The notes beneath the pieces were generated by a model. The model saw nothing but the letters and a program-made list of their open reading frames with translations. It made no database searches and was not told where the DNA came from. A program made the position numbers and the translations under genes. Positions 1 through 13,644 of a stretch of DNA of 64,000 nt are shown here, piece after piece; the first letter of the stretch is position 1, and each line of letters opens with the position of its first letter. The DNA is taken from positions 37,676,957 to 37,740,956 of the forward strand of contig JARFYF010000074.1 in the NCBI GenBank assembly GCA_030265395.1. The letters are read 5' to 3'. This DNA is from Rhina ancylostomus (Eukaryota).

Positions 1-720
1 GACACCATGAATCACTCAGTGGTCAACAACATTCACCCCTCCCTTTCCCATTCAGGTGTAGGAAATGCAACATCTGCTTTAACTCCTGCACCATCACGAA
101 CTCTATGTACCTCCTCAACCATCTCCCACCATTCAAGGTTCTAAACTCTAAGTGAAACAGCTATTTACTTTCTACCTTCTTCACAATGCAGTCTTCATTA
201 AATTCAGACCACCAAACACAGACCGACTACAGCTTGCAGGGCACCTCCTTTCAAGATACAAGTGTGGCCCAAAACTTCCAGTCGTGACTGCTTTCAACTC
301 CATCACTGACCTGTTCCCAGCCTCTTGCTCAATAGAAATTTTAGGATCAGCGTCACATCTTCAAATGAGGGAGATTACAGCCTCCTGGACCCAACATCAG
401 AACAAATTCAGATTATAATCTATGGCCCCATGCTTTCCTTCACACAGTAGCTACCGCTGGTGATGCTCCTATCCTAGTTGCATCTTCCAAACTACCCTTC
501 CTTAGCTCACCCTTTCTTTCATATGACCGAGTCTTCTGTTAACCTCTCCAACCTTCCATCCTTTTAAAGACCTTATCTTCACTCTTCCTCTGCTTCCCTA
601 AAACACGTTACATCTCAAACTTCTCTCAGTTCTGATGAAAAATCAATCTGAAATGGCAGCCATGCTCCTCATCACATTTGCTGCCCGATTTGCTCAGCCT
701 TTTCAGCTTTTAATATCCGA
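1..720 (+). mobile_element. Decayed Penelope-like element 3' part (GIY-YIG relic and terminal repeat)
   Basis: Resembles the 3' half of the 58.4-60.2 kb copy; ends in ctgatga...gaaa and tgctgcccgatttgctcagc terminal motif. Confidence 0.55.
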
Positions 721-3158
721 ATTACACAACTCTGGCTGCAAGAATGCAATTTAAGTTCATTAAGGGCCCCAAACTAAAAGGACTGCAGAGCAGGTCTGAC
801 CCCTCAGTGGAGCTGCATTCCACATGCTGGCACGTTGGAACAGTGCAAGGTACCCTTCCCGAGAAACAATCACAGTTCTGGGCTCTGTACTCGGATCAAA
901 TTTGAATTTGCAGAGGTGCAAAGTGAAATCCACTATCAGTTATGTTTTTTGGAAGAAGGTTATTCCCTTACTGGAAGCTTTTAACCACCCTCACCCATCT
1001 TACTTTCTGACAAAAGATACTCAAAATTGATGGTTTTCTTCAATGTGTTCAGATGTAAAGGTCTCTCAAAAAGAATTCAACTAATTTTTTGACAATTTCG
1101 CTCTGGCTCAGAAAAGGCAGGAAAAAATGTGAATGGTAATCAAGGACATCAATGTAACAATGTTCAGAACCCCTGATGAAAAGACAAAGCCTATTGTGCA
1201 TCATGTATGGCAAGGAGATGATAGTATCATTATGGATCAGAAGAACATCCAAGAGATGCTTTGAAGACCTTGGAGAATGAAACAGGAAATAGCATATTGA
1301 GTCTCAACTTCAACACAGTAACAATGAAAAGAAGGAAAAATGTTTAGTGGTTTATTTGCATCTTGAGAGGAATTTCTGGAAAAGTCAGAGAGCAGTGGTC
1401 AAATTGGCACTGAGAAAAGAAATGAGAATGGTCAAAGTCAGCAACAAATCACATAAACACATCTTTAATCTATGCCACACACAGGAGCACAAAAGAGTTA
1501 GAGGAGCAACACCACCCTCCTCTTGCACAAGAATTCCTTTACTCGAAGGCCATGAGAATATAGAACATACTGCCACATGAAGAAGCTGAAACAGATAGCA
1601 ATTTCATATTTAAGGACTGTCCTGATGCATACAGTGAAAAGTAGAGGGACACTGGCAGGATGGCAAGGGGTGACTATGGTGGGAACAACTGCACAGACCA
1701 ACTTGATTAAATGGCTTATTGCTTTTCCTTGTAACTCTAAACTCAGCTGCTTCTTCAGAAGTAAATACTGCTGGAGATTTGTGAATAACGTGAAAGGAGG
1801 CTGTATTCTGAATAAATGGATTAGTTGTTTTGCATCCAAAGAGGTTTCTATCTTTTCATTATATCCTGGGCTGATGACTCTGCAGGCTTCAAATTCTATT
1901 AACAGGTAGCATGTTTTTACATACGTAATACATGCATGAATGAAATGCAACACCACTCAAAGTATGCTGCATATTTACCATATGGAGACTGTTTTAAAAA
2001 TATTTACATCTCCAATCACAACTGGAGCTTCTACTGAGGTCCCAGAATAGGAGCTTGGTGCTAGATGAGGGACTAGCAAAAGCTGGCCAGACAGGAAATT
2101 GATAAGTTTCTTGTCTATCCCAATAAATTGTTCTGTAACACCGTATTAACTGGCGCTTTTTGCAATAATCTCAAAAGAATCTTGCACTCTAAGATACCTT
2201 TACCATTAAACTAACAAGGATCTAAACACATTGAATTCATATGTCAAAATAATAGCACTCAATCATTAAGGAGTAAACTTAAGTTTTCTTATCTTTTGGA
2301 TAATTTCAAATCACACAGTCTAAAGAGTTACTAGTCTGACACACCAGTGGGAAAGTGAGGTGTTTACTACTTTTGCTAACAGTATCTCCCATCATGCTAT
2401 TCATTCTATGACGCAAGATGAGACATATACTCTGGAGAAGAATGCAAGAGTTGGAGTATCACATCCCTCATTATGCTCTTGTACACATTAAAATAGCTCC
2501 CTGTGATGAACTAATTCAAAAAGGTACTTGCAAATCTTTCATAGCAAGCACCTAGCAAAAAGAAAAATACAAAATATGCAAGTGAATACAAAATACCAAA
2601 ATTTCAAGTGAAAAGCTACAACTAAAAAATCCACCAGTTCTGCAGTATCACTGCTAACAAACCAGGCATTTCAATGATTAAAAAAATTTACACATCCTTC
2701 AGGTACAAAGATCAAAAGTGAACAACAGTGTACACATTATGGACTTTCTACAGGAAACCTCATCCCACACTATCAACACTTTGCTTGTTTTAGTTGAAAG
2801 GAAAATAAAACAGCATGATTTTAAAAACAAAACTAAATTATCTGGTTTCAAATGTTTAAACTGCAACAGGAAATGTAAACCCACAGTACTCAAGGGTTAT
2901 GCAGACTATTAGCAACTTGTATTTAGCCACTCAGAAACTGCATCTGATGAACATGATACTGAGATTAAGAAACTAAAAAGTGATCTGAAGGCTTAAACCA
3001 AGTAACAAGATCTAAATAATTGCTACTAATAGTCACTATCATACATACTGAAAACCTAACTGATTATGATCACATTTCATGATTCAACATTTCTATGCAA
3101 GCTTGCTGGGAAGCTTCTAACTTGATTACATAGTCTGTTGTATTTTGTTTATTTTTAC

Positions 3159-3338
3159 CTCTTTCTTCTTGGCTTTCAATTGATCCACGAATTTGGCATA
3201 TTCCCCCTCTTGCTCAGCTTTGATTCGTTTGGCCTCGTCACGCAGCCGGTTTGTGTGGTCTTGTTCCATTTTCTCAATTTGTTGTTTCTGTTGCCTTTCC
3301 AAATTCTCCAATTCTGTGTCAAAGAACTTTTTCTTTGC
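3159..3338 (-). CDS. STK10: STK10 exon 12 (180 nt): [60 protein letters not shown]
   Basis: ctgtag acceptor, GAG|GTAAAA donor; coiled coil; gene continues beyond window start. Confidence 0.94.
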
Positions 3339-3636
3339 CTACAGAGAATAGTAGTGTGCTTCACTATTAAAAATTACTCGTGATGAGCCCCTTCTGATAA
3401 GCCAATACCAAAAGTACTTGCAAATCTTTAATGACGACCCGTAATCTCTAATGTTTCCCAAATTATTTCTGAAAAAGCATGAAGAACATGTGGACTTTAA
3501 TAGTTCTCCAAATATACACTCTGGTTAAAAAAGCGATTTACAAAAGTACCAAGCTGCAAAAAGACATGGTATCATAGTTTTCTTTGCCATTTTGTCACAT
3601 GTCAGAAATAGTTTTAAGAAAAAAGCCATATCATAC

Positions 3637-3760
3637 GTTCATCTCTTGTTCAAAGCGGCGAAGCATCTGTTCGAACTGCTGCTGTAGCTTCAGATTAAGT
3701 TGAGTTTGAGCCCGATGTTCCTCCTTCTGAAGTAATCGCAACTCTCGCAACTCCTGTCTC
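3637..3760 (-). CDS. STK10: STK10 exon 11 (124 nt): [41 protein letters not shown]
   Basis: caacag acceptor, AAC|GTATGA donor; start of coiled-coil region. Confidence 0.94.
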
Positions 3761-4089
3761 CTGTTGATTTAGAAGAATTCAAAGGTGATAGTCAAGTGAT
3801 GTACTACACAAAACAATTTTTGTATGAATTTAGTTTTACAAATTTTACAAACAATTTCACAAAGAAACATTTTTAATATATACACAATTATATAAAATGG
3901 CCACCTTGAACTTGGATAAACTACATTAATGGCCTGCAGTTTCTATTGTTATAGAAATTAGAAATTTGCTCATTCACAGGCAAAGATTGTAAACTAAAAT
4001 AAAGCACTCCAAGTAGATTGTGAAACTAGCAAATGCTATTTTTTTAAAACATATTCAGAAATCTTTATCTTTAAAAAAAGACCACTTGC

Positions 4090-4220
4090 CTTAGGAATCG
4101 CATTTCTTCTGTTTTCTTCTCATCTTCACCAATAATCTTTGATGTCGTAACACTTACTTCCACCCCATCTACAACAAATTTTCTAGTTCGCTTCAGAGTT
4201 TTGTTGTTTGTTTTATTACC
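4090..4220 (-). CDS. STK10: STK10 exon 10 (131 nt): [44 protein letters not shown]
   Basis: gtatag acceptor; conserved [17 protein letters not shown] motif; ends at non-canonical AG|GCAAGT donor, required for phase 2. Confidence 0.94.
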
Positions 4221-5009
4221 CTATACAAACAAGCACACAATCACGCTGATTAATTGGAAAGGGCACAAGGTGATTCACACTCAACAATTCTATTGCATTC
4301 TAAACTTAATAAATACTAACAATCTATTTTGTTGCACCTGCTGCTGATCAGGATTTATTAAAGTTCATTCAGCAATACATGGAAACTTAAAGGAATACTC
4401 AAGTTCTGTTCAAATGCCACAAGGTACATTTACCCATAGGTTAATATCTCTTACACTACCTCCATGGTGGCATTGGAGTTATGTCTAAATCCCAAAACAG
4501 TCAAGTTGATAGTGCTTATAGAAAACTGTTGATACAATTACCGGACAGTAATGGAAACAATATTGTATGTTGCTCATTTAATCAAAGAAAACCTGAGTTT
4601 CAGTCAAGCGATTTGTGATATTAATCAATGTGCCCTATCAGCCAGTTGGGATCACTGACAATCCATCAACTTTTACTCATCCCTTTGATATACACTACAT
4701 AAATTAAATTCTTTTGAACTTCCTGCAGCTATAAATGTACTTACGGCTTAACCCCACAAAGTACCCTCCCAACCACTTAAATTGTTTCAAATCATCATTA
4801 TATTGTATGGTACTGGCATATCATTTTAAGACATACTTATTGTTTTATTGCCACATTTTTTGGTGCACTGGAACAACCTGCAAAGAAATTTTTGTGCACC
4901 ATGATGGAAGCACTAGGTGCTTATAGTACCAGGGTACCACTGACCACTTCAGTCATTGGTCTCTCCACTGCCAATCACAGTTATGTCTGAAGCCCTGGTG
5001 TTGCACATT

Positions 5010-5160
5010 TGGGCTTGGAAACAAAAACTACTGGATAAACTTAGTGGGTCTTCAGTGGAGGCAGATTGATGGTTGACGTTTTGGGTCAAGACTCTCCATC
5101 AGGGCACTAGGTCAGTATGAGATGGAGGGGGATGAAAAACAGGAGTGTGGTGGAGTATCA
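5010..5160 (-). mobile_element. Short Penelope-like terminal-repeat fragment
   Basis: Reverse complement reads cctgatggagagtcttgacccaaaacgtcaac, matching other copies in the window. Confidence 0.55.
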
Positions 5161-5824
5161 AAGGACACAAAGCAAGTCACCAGCTTAAGTGATGGGATTC
5201 ACTATCTAGTATCATGCTGGAAGGTCACTGTTTTCCCAGAACTATCCAACTATGGCTGTTCCCAGGACAGTGTGGTTCAAAGTCCCATGGAATACTGAAT
5301 AGAAGTAAGGAATGTCATCCTCCTATGCATCCCTCCATCACCCACATAAGGCTGTTGTATTTCACTCTCAGAAAAAATTAACTCACAACTACATATCAAA
5401 AAAAATCAGTTACTGAATTTCAAGGATATAGAATTGGACAAGATGTTAGCATTTGATTACATTCTGGACATATGGAACTGCACCATCTTTTTAAAAAATT
5501 CTTAAATAAGTGAACTTATTGATTGGACTTTGCAACCCAACAGAAAATACAAGAAAGTGCCTGTCACGAGAAAGGCAAGTATACATTTTCATTTGATCTA
5601 ACAAAGTTAGTTCAAATGCTTTAAATTGTTCTCATGTGCTTAGAAACAGGTTCCAAAGGGCATAAACATTGAATTAAGATGACAACTCTGACAGCTGGCA
5701 AATTTGGGGATTTACTGACAGAGNNNNNNNNNNNNNNNNNNNNNNNNNNNNNNNNNNNNNNNNNNNNNNNNNNNNNNNNNNNNNNNNNNNNNNNNNNNNN
5801 NNNNNNNNNNNNNNNNNNNNNNNN

Positions 5825-6352
5825 ACTAGAAAAAAAAAACGCTGCATTCTGGTCACCCTGTTAAGGAAAGATGTGGTTAAAGTGGAAAAAGAGTGCAGAA
5901 AAGATTTGAGGATGTTGCCAGGACTAGAAGGCCTGAGTTATAGGGAGAGGATGGTCACGTAGGAGAGTGTAGGAGAATGAGGGGTGACCTTATGGAGGTT
6001 TATAAAATCAAAAGAGGCATAGATAAGGTGGATGGCAACAGTCTTTTGCCCAGGGTAGGGGAGTCCAAAATTAGGGGGCAGAGATTTAGGGAGAGAGGGG
6101 AAAGATTTAAGGACCTGATGGGCAACTTTTTCCATGCAGAGGGTAGCGAATATATGGAATGAGCTGCCAGAGGAAGTGGTTGAGGCAGGTACAATAGTAT
6201 CAATTAAGAAGCACTTGGATAGGTACATGGAGGGGTGGGGCTTAGAGGGATATGGGCTGAACGCAGGAAATTGGGACTAGCTGGGTGGGTGCCGTAGTTG
6301 ACGTGGACTCATTGGGCCAAAGAGCCTGATTCTGTGTTGCATTGCTCTATGA
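5825..6352 (+). mobile_element. CR1 LINE 3' fragment
   Basis: ORF2 C-terminal RGDLMEVYKIKRGIDKVD motif, FWSP motif, 3'UTR gggccaaagagcctg. Confidence 0.85.
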
Positions 6353-7467
6353 CCCCACGTCCAGGGGACAGGTGACCAGCGATTTCAAAGCATTGGAAGA
6401 TATGCCCCGATGTGAATTCAGAGTGTAGAAATGCAAATTATCAACTGAGATACTTCAAGGGAAAATAGAATCTCAGGTCCAGATAGCACTGCAATTTTAA
6501 ATTATGTTGTTAATCAGCACTAAAATCAGATACCGCAAGAAACAGGTGGTCCATCAGCATGCAAAAAGGCGGCAATTTGGTGTCAATGCAGAGTTGTTAT
6601 CTGAAAATCTTTTCTGAATCTGAGACACTCTTTCTTCCAATTTTTAGTCATTCATAATAATTCAGTCATCCCCAGATTGCGATGAAGTTATGTATGACCA
6701 AGGATAACTGTTTAGGAGCAATTGACCTAATGGATTTATTCAGCTTATTTTATGTCGATTACAAGTGAGAGAGGAGCTTTGAATACTATGAACTACTCAC
6801 CAGTCCATTCATTAAAAAAATGAGAAAAAATAGCACTTAAGAATTCATATTTCCATAGCTAAACTCATTTTTAAAACAAAAAGATTGCAAAGAATAGCAT
6901 AAGTCAACAATATTCTAAGTGGCACCATGTGTACAGGCTATTTAAAATGGATAATGAAGGAAGAACAAGTTTACCACAAGGATAGAAATTTGAATTTGAT
7001 ACTTCACAGAAGCAGTGAATTTACGTTATAGATACTTGCAGAAGCAGCACATTTGATGGCAACCATCAGATAGTGTCTGATGACTCAGTTGATTAACACA
7101 GCAAGTAGCTAAACAGTTCAAGCAAAGATCTTCTTGCTCTGATCCCTGGTGTGTGCAATTCTTAGTCAGCATTTAACTGGATAGCAAAAGGAATACAATA
7201 GAAGTACAATTAGAATCAGCACTCTAGAGCTAGGGAGCCAGACAAACTCCAAGATAAAAATAATCCATCAGTGCCATGGAGCTCAGAGACACTTGGAGTC
7301 TCACTTGGTTAAAGAACTGGTGGGCATGTAGTCTTCAAACAAGTAACCCAAGATAAAGGAGTGTGTATGAGTTTACTGTCTTTCAGAGACATAATGTGCT
7401 CTACACCTTTTCATGTTAATAAACTTCTTTTCCTAAGAATTGACCCAAAAAAAACATGTTTTCTTAC

Positions 7468-8106
7468 CCGTATGGATAGAGAACCACTCTCCTTGTTTAA
7501 AGATAGATCACCTGAAATGGAAACACTGAAGTCCATGCTGTCAGAAGCAGATACACTACCCGAGTAAGAATCTCTCTTTGAAATTCCGTCAGGAGAATCT
7601 ACCACTCCATTAGGAGTCAATGTATCTGGAGCCAGAGTGACTTGGTTATCAGACTTCTTGTCTTCATTCTTTGAAACAGCAGTATCGTCAGGGATCTGCA
7701 TATCTGTAGGCTGGAGAGACTCAGAATTCACCACCAAATTTGGTTGCTTTTGTTCAGTGGAATTCTGCCCCAATACTTTCTCTTCAGAAACTTGTACAGA
7801 AGTATTTATACTTTCCATTTTTCCATCAATAATTTGCATGTCCACTTTAGATTTGTCTTCAGTAGATGGGCTGGGCTTTCCATCATCAGTACCAGAGTCA
7901 GTGCTGATGGTCTTCACTGAGTTCTCACTTTCTGCTTTGTCACTATCACTGCTACATATGCCCTCATCCAATTGCCCTTCAGTGGATTTATCAGGCTTTA
8001 TAACTTTAGGATCAGCACCATCGACTTCTGAGATCTTGGGAAGGGTTTCTGTTTCCAGGCTAATTTGGCTCAATTCGGAAGGACCGCGTGCATGACCTGG
8101 AAGGGG
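7468..8106 (-). CDS. STK10: STK10 exon 9 (639 nt), acidic Ser/Thr-rich linker PLPGHARGPSEL...DLSLNKESGSLSIR
   Basis: Open frame 7411..8073 extends to an in-frame tctttag acceptor at 8107; CGG|GTAAG donor; C-terminal KRDS...SMD...DLSLNKE.GSLSI matches STK10. 5' boundary less certain. Confidence 0.88.
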
Positions 8107-9412
8107 CTAAAGAACAACATCTTCTTTCGGTTACACATCAAGTAATTTACATTTTAGCCAATTAATGCTAGATGTCTGTAATTAACTTCATGGTATTTGG
8201 TTACAAAAATATAATTTCTACAAAATCTTGTGATTTATTCACAATAGAAGTTTCTGCACAAACTTTTTACCTCATTATTTGAGTGTGTCCTTTAAAGTAG
8301 AATATTACTTAATTTCGACATGGACTTTCAGCAGTTTAATTTAAATTAATATTATAAAATGAAAATAATATGGCATAATTAAATNNNNNNNNNNNNNNNN
8401 NNNNNNNNNNNNNNNNNNNNNNNNNNNNNNNNNNNNNNNNNNNNNNNNNNNNNNNNNNNNNNNNNNNNNNNNNNNNNNNNNNNNACAGTAGAATATTCCT
8501 AAATTTCCACATGGACTTTCAGCAGTTTAAGTTAAATTCATATTATAAAATGAAAATAATATGGCAGAATTAAATATGCATAAAGCCATAACAAGATAAA
8601 ATTTATGAATGGTTTGATAAAGGGGTTATTTGGCTCATTTGATCTGCAGCTGACATTTAAGAAAGCTATCCCATCAATTATATATCTGCCCTTATAACTC
8701 TTTCATTTCTAAACTTTTCACCATTTGAGTAGTAATTCCAGATCGTAAGTTCTTTATAAAATTCCATTGTGATCCATTTGCCACTTACTTTTATCATTTG
8801 CCAGTGACAACAGCATTTCCTTTACTTCACCAAAACACTTCATATTTTTGCTCCATTTTCATTAAATGCCCAAATTTCAACTGGCTTGCTGTTTGGAGTT
8901 AGCACAGGGTCAGTGAAAATAGACAAAGTTGACGATCAGTTCTCTGATGTGATTAAGGGAAATAAAATAAAGAAGCAGAGAGGCNNNNNNNNNNNNNNNN
9001 NNNNNNNNNNNNNNNNNNNNNNNNNNNNNNNNNNNNNNNNNNNNNNNNNNNNNNNNNNNNNNNNNNNNNNNNNNNNNNNNNNNNTTTCATGTTCAGAGGT
9101 ATATTACTTCTAGTCTCAGCTGAAGTGTGGTGATCAGAATGGAACACAATAATCCCAATTAAAATGAAACAATGATCTATAGAAGGTCCTCCTACTCTTG
9201 CAAATTATTCCAAACACTTGGTTAAAATGAGGTTTCTGAAAGATATAAAGCAGAGGGTATTTTGCTTTCCAAGTCCTGAAAGCTGCCATTTTCAGTCATA
9301 CTCCATGTACTGTACTGTTTTATCCACACATTAATACTCATAAAAACACTTGAGACAACAGCTTTGCCTTGGTCCAGTTGCAACTTAAAACAAATTTTAA
9401 AGGTAAATTTCA

Positions 9413-9568
<156 letters not shown>

Positions 9569-11149
9569 TTAAAATAAGAGATTGAATTGATTGTACTTAA
9601 CATAAATGCTAGTGTAAAAAAAATGCATCAAATTTATACCCAACTGAGAGGATCGCACTTTTCACTTTGTTCTGGATTACATGCATTCGTTTCTTTTTGG
9701 GAAAGATGGTTTTATGAACAAAATAATCAATAATACCATGTAACAGATATCACCAAGGATCACAGAAGGGAAAATAATAAATTCACACTTTTAGAATGAT
9801 GAGAAAATAAGACTGAAAACTCAATCACAGGCACGTTAAATACAATGTATTTGCACAAGAAAGGGGACAGACATTTAGCATCAACACTATTAAGTCTGGT
9901 AAAAGTAACAGATGTCAATGAGGTTAAGAATGGCATGACACACTGGAGTTTGGGAGACATACAAGGTTATGAGAGTATTTAATATAGGTGTAGAAAGTCT
10001 GGATTTTCTATCACTACAAGGTATAACACCCCTTAGTGGAATGAAAATTTCTTTAGGCAGAAAATTACCAACCTTTGCAGCTCTCCACCTTAAGAGCAAG
10101 TGTTCTTAAGTGTTTTCAAGCTGAAATCAGTAGGTTCTTGAACATGAAGGGAACCAGAGGATATGGGAAAAGCTTTGAATCAAGAAGAGAAGGGCAAGCT
10201 ATTTGGCATTTGCTTCCATTCTTATTCATGTTGATATCTTGAATGATTTTAGTAGGGTCCAAATACATAAGATTCTAATATCACAAACTGTTTCACTGAA
10301 TGGTGGAGTAGGCCTGTGCCCCTGTAGTGGCATTCCTGACTGAGTTGGAAGGTATGGCATATGCAGAAACTATCAGTCAGCTAAGACTGAAGATCCAGAG
10401 TTCGGGGTTGGTGTGGAATGGATAACTAATGGTACCCCTTTCCCAAGCAAGTTCTGAAACCCATGTCGTCCTCCAAAAACACAGTGCAACTACTTCATTG
10501 GATTGTATAAAGATGGCTGTGGAAGAAATGTCAATCAAAATCTGTTAAATGAATTTTTCCACTATTTCATCCTATTCTCTCCTGGAAGAATTTGAACAGA
10601 CAAAAGCCAACTGCATTAAATATTTTCAGACACTTTTCAAAAGAATAACCTTAGCAGAGTTATTTCCTCTTTAAAAAAAAGAGGGGCACTTCCATGTTCA
10701 TGAGACAAAACTACAAGTGGAACTTTCTGAAATAAGCTTATACTTTACATTGCCTTCTTAAGCAGCACAAGAAACTCATTTTTAGAAACCCTACCCTGGT
10801 TCCAAGTGGCAGGTCCATGACCAAAGCACTGACATGTTTCGCTCACTGCAGCTGGAACTAAATTAATTCAAGACTACTATTAGAGTAGCCAATCCAACTG
10901 GAAGTCGTTTGCGCTACATGACATTAGAATTCTTCAGATTTTAACAGATCACAAAGATATAAATAAGGTACAAATAAGTGGGCATTTTCCATTTGATTTT
11001 AGAACTGTATTGTGTACATTTTTTTTCTGACACACCAAAGGCCATTGCAATCTTCTTACTCATGGTCAGGGGTAAGCTTTTGTCTACACATTTTAAATGA
11101 TATATAGCTATGTCCACTGATGGAACAGAAGACCTCAATTTTATATTAA

Positions 11150-11780
11150 CATTTTTATTTATGGGATCTGTGTGTTGATGGCAAGGCCAGCATTTATTAT
11201 CCATCTTTACCTACTCACTATGATGACAGTGGTGTTGGTGATAATTTCTTGCTGCAGTACTTCTGATGAAGGTTTTACTGGTACTGTCAGATAGGAAGTT
11301 CAAAGATTTAGACCCAGTAAAGTTACAGTGATACATTTCCATCAGTGAATATTCCCACTTCTGACATAAGTGAATGAAGCAGCTGAAGACTGTTGAGTTG
11401 ATTTAGTTTACTGAGAAACAGTTGTAGCAAAGTCCTGGGACAGATGATTGGCTTCCAATAACCAAATATATCTTCCTTTAGTGCAAGGTCCAACTGTAGC
11501 CAGTGTTGTGTTTGCCCCTTTACACTGAACAAGTTCAGTTTTCGTACAGCCCTTAAATTCCACACTCACTGAAGTGCTGCCTTGATGTCAAGGGCATTCA
11601 CTTTTACGTTACCTATGGAATTCTGTCCTTTGGCCCATGTTTGAACTAAGGTTTAGGCATGACTTGGAGCTGAATAGTTCTGGCAAAATCCAAATTTAAC
11701 ATCAACTATTAAATGATTAGTGAGTAGATACAGCTTGATATCAACATCAACTAGACCTTTGTTAATCGAGTGTGGACTGA
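11150..11780 (-). mobile_element. Ancient LINE 3' relic (same family as 12630, 14465, 37830, 57920)
   Basis: Shared ggccagcatttatt...gctgcagt...gaaggt motif among copies. Confidence 0.5.
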
Positions 11781-12394
11781 CACTCAAGGACAATTAAAAA
11801 TAAGAATTTATGGACACTATTAAACAAGTCTGTTTAGAAATTAAAATCATATCTGACCTGAAAACAGATAACCAAAAACAATAAGCTAAAACAAATTTAG
11901 AAAGTTACTTCCACTCTGGTTTGCCTGGCTATAACTGTACAAGTACCAATGATACGAACAACTTGCAAACACATCCTTCATTTTCGTGACAAAGACCCTG
12001 ACAAATATTTCCTTTAACATGGTCTATTTCTACAACCAATCCATTTTTCCCAAATCTACTGACACACTATCACAATCAACAATAGGATCAATATCCATCA
12101 GACTGAATAGCTAATAGAGAATTTAAAGATTAAATATGATCTTGACCCACTTTCTTTAATATCAGCATGGCTACCTCATGTAATAGAAGTCAAATTGACT
12201 CAAAATTCCATTAATTCATTTTGGAGCTAGTGATGAACCACAGCAACACATCAACAATTTAAAATAAAAATGTTGCAGACAGCTCCATGACATCTATAAG
12301 GAACATAATCTGATTATACACAGCAAGATAAATACTCGGATTGCACTTTTGCAAATTATACAGTGAAACAAGGAAACATTTGTCAAGCTCTCAC

Positions 12395-12476
12395 CTGCAA
12401 TAGCTGCGCAGCACTGAGACGGGTATCCGGATTCTTATCCAGTGCTTTCTTGAGAAAATCTTTAAAATCTGCAGAC
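12395..12476 (-). CDS. STK10: STK10 exon 7 (82 nt): [27 protein letters not shown]
   Basis: Translated by hand; ttcttcag acceptor, CAG|GTGAG donor; subdomain XI Arg. Confidence 0.94.
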
Positions 12477-12629
12477 CTGAAGAAATGAGAATTCCAGGAT
12501 GATTAAAACTCTCATTTTACAATGATGTGTTGCTTAGGTCCATCTGGCACAAAACTAACAGTTTTAATTACAGCAGAGCTTACATTAAAAAAGTCAACCC
12601 TCTCTAACATACTTTTCCGTCTTCATAGC

Positions 12630-13060
12630 TCAAAATCAGGAGTGTAAACCCACCTCTCACCTGGATGGGTACAACTGAGGACCATCTAGGGCTGAGAGTT
12701 TGTATAATTAGCAAATCCTGGACCTAGGCCTGATAGCCATCACTGATGCAATTTATACTTATAGGATCATTGCACAACTTCGCACTAAGTTTAGTTCACA
12801 AATCACTCGTTGCTTTGAGATTGCTTTTAACATGACCCCACAGTGAAAAGTACAATGGAGAAACGTCAGCAACAAAACCTAGTTCCCTACAGAAATCACA
12901 GATCACTCTGGCCTGGACACACATTCATTACTACACAAAACAATCATGAGTTCATCATAACTAACAGGACTGCAGAGCTTCAAAGAGAAGCCCCAAAACC
13001 AATAAAATTTCCTTAGAGCAAAAATAATTCATTTTGCTAGCATCACCCACATTTCAAGAG
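12630..13060 (+). mobile_element. Ancient LINE 3' relic
   Basis: tcaggagtgt...cacctggatg and ggactgcagagcttcaaag, reverse-complementary to the 14465 and 37830 copies. Confidence 0.45.
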
Positions 13061-13644
13061 CAATACAAAGAACTCCAGCAAACTTATGAAGCATAACACT
13101 GTAATTTAAATGCATTGCTGAACATGTACTTGGGATATGACAGATGCCTAGCTTTGCAAAGGTGCCTGCAGGGTATCCAAACTAATTTACTGAGAAATAC
13201 AGAGGCAGAGCTTCTGTGTCGACTGATTAGGGAACAGACAACTAGTTAACCAAGTTTAACTTGGGCACAAGCTAGCCAAGGTATCACTAAAGCCTGAGAT
13301 ACCAAGCACAAATGGGGCTACACCTGGCAATTAGTTTAAATTGAAACTGGACCACTAAAGCAAACTTTTCATTTGTTCAAAAGCCAGAATTTCTTTCCCT
13401 ACAAGGGCATTGGCCTAGTGAATTATGCAGATCAGCATGTAATGAACATTAACATTATCATCTTTCTACAGTCTTGCAGTGAATCAGTCTGCCTGTTCTA
13501 CTATTAGATACATCCTGCAGAATGCTACAAGTTAGAGTTTTATGTTATATACACAACACTGTCTCTAAACAGCTGCCATCCCCATTTCCATTTCCACTCT
13601 GGCTGCACAATAAACAACTGCCACCAGGATAATGCCTGGTTCCA

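Noticed and set aside
1-3158. STK10 exon 13 and later exons, and ORFs such as 1498..1956
   Set aside because: No recognisable coiled-coil coding segment with splice sites found; remaining exons presumably lie beyond the window start
7637-8095. 152-aa antisense ORF (also 9369..9572 and 3138..3383)
   Set aside because: Shadow frames opposite real STK10 exons, with no independent support
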